Shown here: positions 55,477 to 64,000 of the stretch, piece after piece
How positions within the stretch are numbered: position 1 is the first letter of the stretch
Layout of the letters: each line of letters opens with the position of its first letter
Origin: Octopus vulgaris
Taxonomy: Eukaryota
DNA: 64,000 bases
Direction of reading: 5' to 3'
NCBI GenBank assembly: GCA_951406725.2
Contig: OX597815.1
Coordinates: forward strand, 117,552,001-117,616,000
Notes under the pieces: model-generated
Databases searched by the model: none
Told to the model about the DNA's origin: nothing
The model's input: only the letters and a program-made list of their open reading frames with translations
Program-made: the position numbers and the translations under genes

Positions 55477-55872
55477 TCTTTTACTCTTTTACTTGTTTCA
55501 GTCATTTGACTGCGGCCATGCTGGAGCACCGCCTTTAGTCGAGCAAATCGACCCCGGGACTTATTCTTTGTAAGCCCAGTACTTATTCTATCGGTCTCTG
55601 TTGCCGAACCGCTAAGTAACGGGGACGTAAACACACCAGCCTCGGTTGTCAAGCAATGCTAGGGGGACAAACACAGACACACAAACATATACATATATAT
55701 ACATATATACGACAGGCTTCTTTCAGTTTCCGTCTACCAAATCCACTCACAAGGCTTTGGTCGGCCCGAGGCTATAGTAGAAGACACTTGCCCAAGGGGC
55801 CACGCAGTGGGACTGAACCCGGAACCATGCGGTTGGTAAACAAGCTACATACCACACAGCCACTCCTGCGCT
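55475..55872 (-). mobile_element. SINE family D, full length
   Basis: Head gcgcaggagtggctgtgtggta...gggttcagtccc, CORE-like ccttgggcaagtgtcttct, flanked by (TA)n. Confidence 0.9.
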
Positions 55873-56779
55873 ATATATATATATATATATATTTAAACCC
55901 AACCAAGCATACTGTTTGAAGACTGTTTGCTACAGTATAACGCTATTCTAATGCCCGGGTGTGGATATTTCTTTAAGAAAAATATATAATTATGAGAATT
56001 TGATCAATTATTATCACTTCACGTATTTTATACAAATGCCATGACGATTTGCTGTAAAAAAAATGTCTGTTGTTGGAAAAATGTGTTTATTCTGAACTCA
56101 TCGTGACTTTTGATGCTGAAATGATAAAACATGTCGAGATAATTAATTCACGGTTTCATATGTGAGGTGCATAAATAATTGTGCATAAATAATTGTGATA
56201 AAATATAAATGGTGCATAAATAATTGTGATAAAATATAAAAAATAAAGTTGTTTCTTTCAACCACCGGTGGTGCATACATTTAATATCACTAAAGAGATA
56301 TTAAAGAAAATGTTCTGTTCCGTAATTTAAAAAAAAAAAAGAAGAAAAAAAAAAGAATTCAAATCTTTCATTTTCTATAGGAAAAACGATTTTTCACGCT
56401 TCATTTTGGCCAACACATTTGACATTGTTTTACTAAGTCACGGTAGCGTCTATTTAGCATTGATAAGTTTTCATATACTGGATACTTTTCGTTTAAAAGT
56501 ATGAAATTTAACGAAAAAAGAAAATTTATTAAGCGTAGGTTGACTTTGAAATGAACTTTAAAAAACGTAGAATTTGGATTTTCCTAATAATCTTAAGAAA
56601 CCTGACCACAGAGTGGTTGTAACCGAGACCTAGTACCTATTCTAAGCCCAGTCCTTGCTTTGTTATGATTTTCTTATAATAAACATTTGTAAAAAACCAT
56701 GCTGCTGTAGCCTAAATTACAGGCCATATCGGCATAGAAACATACACTTTGGTCACTCCAGATTCTTTTAAATTCTTTA

Positions 56780-57839
56780 CTTACATAAATCAAACGCCAA
56801 ATCTGAACGCGTTTTGAAGCAAGTTCTGTGTAAATCAAAGTGCAGAGCATGTTCGAGTACTGCTTTATACAGAAATGGTTGTCAAAAGGAAATTGCTTGA
56901 AGTGGTTCATGGAGTTATTTGATGAAACTAAGTTACTGTCATCTACAGACGGCAAAGCATATGTCAGTTATTTGACAGTATCCTCGAGAAATTAAGCAAA
57001 TTGAACAAACAACTCCAAGGAGTAAAGATAACTCTTGTTCATGCAAAAACAAAGATTTTCGGATTCACTACAGCCTTAGAAGTATGCCTAAGGAATATTT
57101 CTACAAAAAAATTCTGTCGATTTTACAAGCTGAAACAATGAGATAACTAATATTACATTTTAAAATGCTAATAAAAGACTCCAATGACAGATTTGGTGAT
57201 TTAGAGAAAATAACTTTTCCTTCTTGGTTAACTCAACCATTGCTAGTTGATATCTCTGAAGTTCCAATGCTGTTCCAAGAAGAGTTATTAGAATTGTAAC
57301 ACGATGAATCAGTGAATACTACATTCAAAATGAAAGAACCAAGATGTGGCTGTGTGATGAAGTAGCTAGGGCGGGGCGGTAGGGGCAGTCCGCTCTGGGC
57401 GGCACTTTTGAGTCTGTTGTAGGCAGTGTGTTTTTTGTGGGATCCGGGGGCAGCAAACAGAAGGGCCGCTCCAAGCGGCACACACCCTTGCTACGCTAGT
57501 GCAGTAAAGTAACTTTTGATTCATTTCCCCACGTCTTATTTGGTTGAGTGTGGGTTTAGTACTTTTGACGATTTGCTTCGAGCCAAGGGAAGCAGACTTG
57601 TAATTATAAAATGTGGTGATCTATGGCTGAAGCTAACAAAATTATATCTTCGAATCTTAGTCAATAATGTACTTTACTTTTGTATTCAGTACTTAATAAC
57701 AGAGTTACGGTAGATTTTTTTGTATTAAGTAATTGTGATAAAATATAAAAAATAAAGTTGTTTCTTTCAACCACCAGTGGTGCATACATTTTTCCGGAAA
57801 GTTATAGTGGGGTTGAGGAAAATAGGTTGGGTAACACTG
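56780..57839 (+). pseudogene. hAT (Charlie/Buster-like) transposase remnant with right end
   Basis: WLSKGNCLKWFMELFD...DGKAYVSYLT...LNKQLQG...KTKIFGF, and the hATC motif FPTSYLVECGFS...GDLWLKLTKL. Terminus aggttgggtaacactg. Confidence 0.85.
57358..57501. mobile_element. Small GC-rich MITE nested in the hAT remnant
   Basis: gtagctaggg ... cccttgctac inverted ends. GC-rich island interrupting the transposase frame. Confidence 0.55.
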
Positions 57840-58361
57840 ACTTAAAGAGCTATAAAAATGATTTCTGATTTAGACACACATGCCGGAAATTTTGAGGAAA
57901 GGGTGTTAGTCAATACCATCGACTTTAGTACTTGACTGGTAATTATCTTATTGCCATGGAGGGATGAAAGGCAAAATAACTTCGGCTGGATTTGAACTTA
58001 AAATATAAGATGCTTGTGAGTCGGCTTTACAAAGTCTAAGACCACTTTCCTTATTCCCCCAATTAACCAATGAAACCAAGATTACCAAAATTTGACGTAT
58101 TTCTGTATATCTTTATTGAGTATAAGTCTGAAAGATGAATCAATGTAAAATAGTTAAAACTAGATGAAGTCTCCAAGTGGTTCAGATGCATAGCTCTCCA
58201 ATATCCGTTTATGAATTAGTGTGGCAAAATTTCTGTAGTGAAGCCGTGTGTTGAAACGGATAATGTATTTCGAGATGGTCACTTTTTCCCCAAATAAACG
58301 CACACACTATATATTCAGTTTTCACTCGCTTATTACTGTTCTTATTTTAACTCATGTCGAT

Positions 58362-58406
58362 TGTCCGGAAATCTTTCGTCACACATCTATGACCTCTTCA
58401 GCGACA
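58362..58406 (-). ncRNA. Minimal type I hammerhead-like motif in an inverted pLTR upstream of the Penelope ORF
   Basis: UGUCG CUGAAGA G GUCA uagaugug UGAC GAAA GAU UUC CGGACA. Confidence 0.6.
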
Positions 58407-58409
58407 CTT

Positions 58410-59232
58410 TCAAAATAAATATCCCTTTCAATTTGACAAACAAGAATTTGCACAATAGCGTCTGATAGAACAACTCGGGACCTTCGTCTTCTAGACCTCA
58501 AAACGACGCTTACTGAAAGACGTTACCTACCCTCGTTTATAGACAAGGGAATTAAACGTGCCAAAAAAATAGACATATAAACACTAAGAACAACAAATCT
58601 TAACAGCACACCTCATCTCAAAACACTACTATTTATATCAGCACACAACTCCAGAAACAGTGAGGCATTCAACACTTTTGTGCAAAATCTTCCTTTACTA
58701 ACTAGAGATCCAAAAATGAACGACATCCTGAAAACACACAAACTCCTCAAATGCAAAAAGCAACACAAATCGCTAAAGAGACTACTAGCAAATGCGAAGC
58801 TTTACAAAACAACCACGAAACCAACGGTTAAAAAATGTGGACGCCCAAACTGTGAAACCTGCCCCAACTTACTTGAAAGCTCGGATTTCATTTTCAAACA
58901 AGGACAGAGGTTCACAATTAAAACTAGTTTCACTTGTGTCTCTGAGAATCTAATTTATGTAATAACCTGCTCGGGTTGCGGACACAACTATATTTGACAG
59001 ACGAGTATGACCTTGAGAAGGAGAACCACTCTACATAAAGAGCAAATCCGTTTCCCGCAATACAGGCAAATTCCTCTCAGTGAGCATATAGAAAAATGTG
59101 CAGATAACATCAAACCAAAATTCAGTCTTCCTCTTCTACCAGTGCAAAGACACAATCTCTCCACAAGAACGTTTAAATAAAGAAACTTTTTTCATTGAAA
59201 AATACAGAACATGTCTTAATATGCACGCATAA
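58410..59232 (+). pseudogene. Penelope-like element: RT thumb, linker and GIY-YIG endonuclease, decayed
   Basis: NIPFNL..RICTIAS...KKCGRPNCETC...FTCVSENLIYVITCSGCGHNYI*QTSMTLRRR...HIEKC...ERLNKETFFIEKY...LN. Confidence 0.92.
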
Positions 59233-59651
59233 CTAACTTTCATATTTTTACATATTTCAATTCACTATTACATCACTGTACATAAATCCCCTCACTAAAC
59301 AAGTTTTTCGAACCCCGCTTTTTTTGTGTGTACATATATATTCCCCTCCCTTGCCGAAAGCTGAACAGTTATCTCCCTTGCTCACAACAACAACAACAAT
59401 AATAACGATAACCAATTACCTCCTCTTATTTTTCTACTTGTGAAGTCATTCACTCGTAAATATCATCCCACACAACATGGACAAAAATTTCTTCATAAGA
59501 AAATGCATATTCAAATAAGTAAACCATAATATCATGAATAGCGAAATTATATCAAAATTACGTAAAGTGTGTGTATTTTCTTTTTTTAATTTCTTATATA
59601 TATTACAACTTACCACGTGGGGATAATCGAAATTCCTCCTTTTCTGTTACA

Positions 59652-60075
<424 letters not shown>

Positions 60076-60094
60076 ATGCATATATACATACATA

Positions 60095-60310
60095 TATGTG
60101 CATACCTACATATATATGTATATATACATGCATATATAGGTACAGAACATCAAAAAAACGTAGACGCAATGAGAAACGAAAACATAAAAGACAAAAACAT
60201 AGAAAACGAACTTTTTTCGAACAACGAAAAAAACCCAGAGAAACGAGACATGCACCATAAAGAACATTTCCTTCATCAGTTGTCCCTGTTTCATCTACTC
60301 CGCGTTTCAT
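60095..60310 (-). mobile_element. Short dispersed repeat (related piece at 41520-41640)
   Basis: Shared tacag.ac...aaaacgta.ac...cataaagaac...cttcatc layout. Contains CUGAUGA on the minus strand without a complete fold. Confidence 0.5.
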
Positions 60311-60353
<43 letters not shown>

Positions 60354-61162
60354 TTTAGCAGAATAATTGCAAAGGCAGTAATTGCAAGTTCAGTAAACTT
60401 CTTTGCTCTCAGCAGGGCTTAATTAGAATGATATTAATTTGAGGATTTAAAATAGTTTAGTGGTTTATTTTTCTTATATTGTATTGTCATCAAGTTACAA
60501 CACTAAGTGCCTTCATTACAACAGTAATAATAATATGGTAGTACTTATATATCGTTGTGGTTAGTAAAGGTAATGATAATGACGATGATGATTATGGTGA
60601 TGATGATGATAATGATGATGACGACGACGACGATAATATTGATGGTGATGATGATGACGACTGCAACCAGTCATAACGGTAACGACCTCGGCGAACTTAA
60701 CTAAAGCAACCCCCAAAATGGCAACAAGCATTTCACAATAGATTCAACAACTTGTCGAACACCAACGGAAAATATAAATATAAGTGCAGATCTTTGCTTT
60801 GGGTCGTATTAACACATCATTAGTAATTTCACACGTGAAAATAAAAGCGGGTGAATAAATGATGTGGAAATAGGGTTCATTAAGACTGATTCAATTAAAG
60901 AATGGTACTAATTGCAATATTGCGTCGTCTAATCACTGTTATATTATATACGGCTGTTAACGTTGACTGCGCCAGTTATATATCAAAGCCAAATACAATT
61001 ACCTAGAAACTTCCGGATGTCTATTGTTTCGTATTTATGAAATATAAAACTTTGTTAATGTTAGTTCTAAAGTTTTGCTATGGAATCAATACGTTGACGA
61101 AATGTTAAATATAATATTATATAATTAATTCTTCCGGCCCCAACATCGACGCGATAAATGAG

Positions 61163-61230
<68 letters not shown>

Positions 61231-61614
61231 AAGAAATAAAATAAACATAAGTAGAAAAATCATATATAAATGAATATAGCGTCGACATTTATTATTTTCA
61301 TAAAGTTGTCTGGAATATCAAGAATACCAACGAGGAAATTAACGATAAAATATTGCTTATTGAATAAAGTAGATCAACTACTTGTGAAATAACATTTACA
61401 AAGTCAAGGGGGGAAAAACAAGTAGAAAGTAAAAATAAATGTAGGAAAAGAAATACAGGAGACGCACGCAATAATGAAAAATTAATTACACTTACTCGTA
61501 CACTCACTGAACCAGTTCTTCTAATGTTGATTTTATGCTGCTGTTGATGTAATTAGAAAAACAGTAGATAGTCTGCTTTTTTTGTGGTTTGTTGGTGTTA
61601 TATTGAGCAATGTT

Positions 61615-61855
61615 AGAAGGTGAATTGACAGAATTGTTAGAGCGTCGGAGAGAATGCTTTGCGAATGTTAATCCCGTATTGATCGCTGCGTTCTGAGTTC
61701 AAATCCCGTCGAAGTCCACTTTATCATTCATTTTTTTTTCGCGGACGATGAGAAAAGTAAGGAATCCAAGACGGTGGATTGGCAGAACTGTAACATCATC
61801 CGACATGCTACGTCGCGCTATTTGTTCCGGCTCTTTGCGTTCTGAGTTCAAATTA
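61615..61855 (+). mobile_element. Two SINE family A 5' fragments
   Basis: ttgacagaattgttag/tggcagaactg...gcgttctgagttcaaat. Confidence 0.7.
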
Positions 61856-63561
61856 TAAAAATATGATTGTAGGGTATAGAAACTACTGAGTTTTAAATAA
61901 TGTGGCAATGTTTATTTAGACCAGGCGTTCTTAAACAGTTCTTAAACAGTGCGCCACGCAAGTGTGCTGCAAGTCATAACTGGATCTTTAAATAATTAAG
62001 ACTTTAGAAAACGCATATTAATGTTTCAGTATCATGAAAAGCGTGTTGTCCATAATTTTGTTATATACAACTGGGACTTCTGAAGCTACTTTCTTTTTTA
62101 AATTCCTAACTCTAAAAATAGTTTCTTTTTAAATGTAATTTAAAGAAAACTTTCATGTAATTTTAATTTTGCCTGAAGTCGAACAGATTAAAAACGACTG
62201 ATTTGTCACAATAAAGCATTGTTTCATGATTAAAAGAATATTTCATCATTAAAAAAAACATTAATGTCAGATGACGTCAATTTGAACAGTAGATATAGTC
62301 CTCACCTATCATATATTAATTATCTTCATGATCACAAAACTCCACATTTATAGAAAAAAAAACCCCTAAAAACAAACAGACAAGAAATAGATTGCATGAG
62401 TTGATGCCTTTTTGAGATACATCAGCGGTTGAAGTTAAACTGTATGTCATATATATTCACTTTTTGGTTCTTTCACCACAATTTTGATAAGTAAAGAGAA
62501 AGCTATACTTTACTGAGGAGGTAAGAATAAAACCGGTTAAAACGGGAGTTCTCTCCTTTCCTCTACTTTTACGCAAAAATGAACATATTAACTATTGTTA
62601 TTTCTCACCGCAATATTGTTATTTCTAGACATCGAATTTGTACTGTTGGAGACTCTGAATCATTTAACTGCAAAACAATTATACTTTCCTATGCCAGTCA
62701 ATGTACATGTGCTTTCGCAAATACAAAGAACGCTTTCCTTTATTGAAGAAGTCAGTGTTTACTATGTACATGACTGTAAAAAAAAAAAAAATAATGAAAG
62801 TTTAATTATTCATTAACGAGTATAGTTTTTCTTTAAAATTCAACACATAGTTATATTTAGTTTACTTATACGTTAATGTTAGTTTAAATATTTTGAGATT
62901 ACATATTTTAGTTATAAATCGAAATACTTAGCTCTCTAAAAGCCTTAACTGTACGGCGCTCATTGCCATTTACTGCAAATTAATAATCAACAATTTCTAT
63001 TTCTGTTGAAAGATGTGAGTTTTAATTGGTGTCGTGTAGAAGGCAGTCCTGAAAATCGTATAGTACTCAAGAAGAAATCGATTTATTCAACCATTAATAT
63101 ATTCTAAAAGTTACACGTTGTATTCTCATTATAGTGTAGAAGTGCATTTCAACATCAATTTTGCATAAGGTATACGCCACCATACACACCCCTCCACACA
63201 CACATAAACACACACACACACACATGTACACTCACATACACGCATCGACTACATCATAAAAAAGTGTTAGATGTATATTTCTGCAGTGTTGCAAATCGAC
63301 AGAAAAACTGGATGTGGATTGGTGCAGAAAAATAAGGACTTAAATAAAATGAATCTCTTTAGGGATATGAATATCAGAACTGTTGTACAGTATTTGTGTA
63401 GCAACAAAGCTATATTTTATACAAGTTTATTTGTATTTACGTGATGGTTGAAGTCAGGAGTCGAACACATGAACCTAACCCATATGCATTTTTCTTGGTT
63501 CTCCTTTTTATTTCCTTTCTTCTCTTCCTCCTCTTCTTAGTTCCTCCTGGATATTCCACTA

Positions 63562-63596
63562 TCATCCGACGAAGAACTATATCCGAAACGTCATAA
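63562..63596 (+). ncRNA. Minimal hammerhead-like motif, degenerate
   Basis: cau CCGACGA A GAA cuaua UCC GAAAC GUC aua. Stems are short and imperfect. Confidence 0.45.
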
Positions 63597-63812
63597 CGCT
63601 TATTCTATAACTTTTATTCCTTCCTTGAGTATCAACCAGATTATATCGTAATATAAACTGTGAACATCCCTTGTAAATTAGTTGTTTCTGTTTTTTGCTA
63701 TTGGCATTTGCTTCACTACACACACACACACACAACTGTGTGTGTATATATATGTATATGTATACACGAATACATATACATGCCTTTCTCTCACTCTCCG
63801 TATAAAAATACA

Positions 63813-63893
<81 letters not shown>

Positions 63894-64000
63894 ATATACA
63901 CCAGAGTAAGCACATATATATATAGCAGTGTAAGCACATGTGAAACAATGTAAAAAAAATAGTACTCGAATAACGGAGGTAGAGTAATATACTTTATTAA

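Noticed and set aside
61921-62800. Possible old hAT element (caggcgttcttaaac end)
   Set aside because: One TIR-like end only. Translation too decayed to support.

Overview
AT-rich, repeat-saturated eukaryotic DNA with no host protein-coding exon I can support. The microsatellite load and the SINE families look like an octopus/cephalopod genome (inference). Contents: large simple-repeat tracts; at least four tRNA-derived SINE families (dozens of copies); truncated LINEs (RTE x2, CR1/L2-group x2, R4/Dong-type RLE fragments x3); Penelope-like element (PLE) remnants; DNA transposon relics (Tc1 with DD36E spacing, hAT, pogo/Tigger-like MITEs). The main finding is at 47201-48955: a near-identical 360-bp tandem repeat folded into a large palindrome between (TA)n tracts. 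Each unit carries a type I hammerhead-ribozyme fold with a non-canonical CCGAUGA core and a palindromic, dimer-type stem III, which makes it a candidate non-LTR retrozyme (circular RNA) array. About eight other unrelated short repeats also carry minimal or degenerate hammerhead motifs, including a 200-bp two-ribozyme hairpin and a tRNA-headed element. All folds were read by eye and none is tested.
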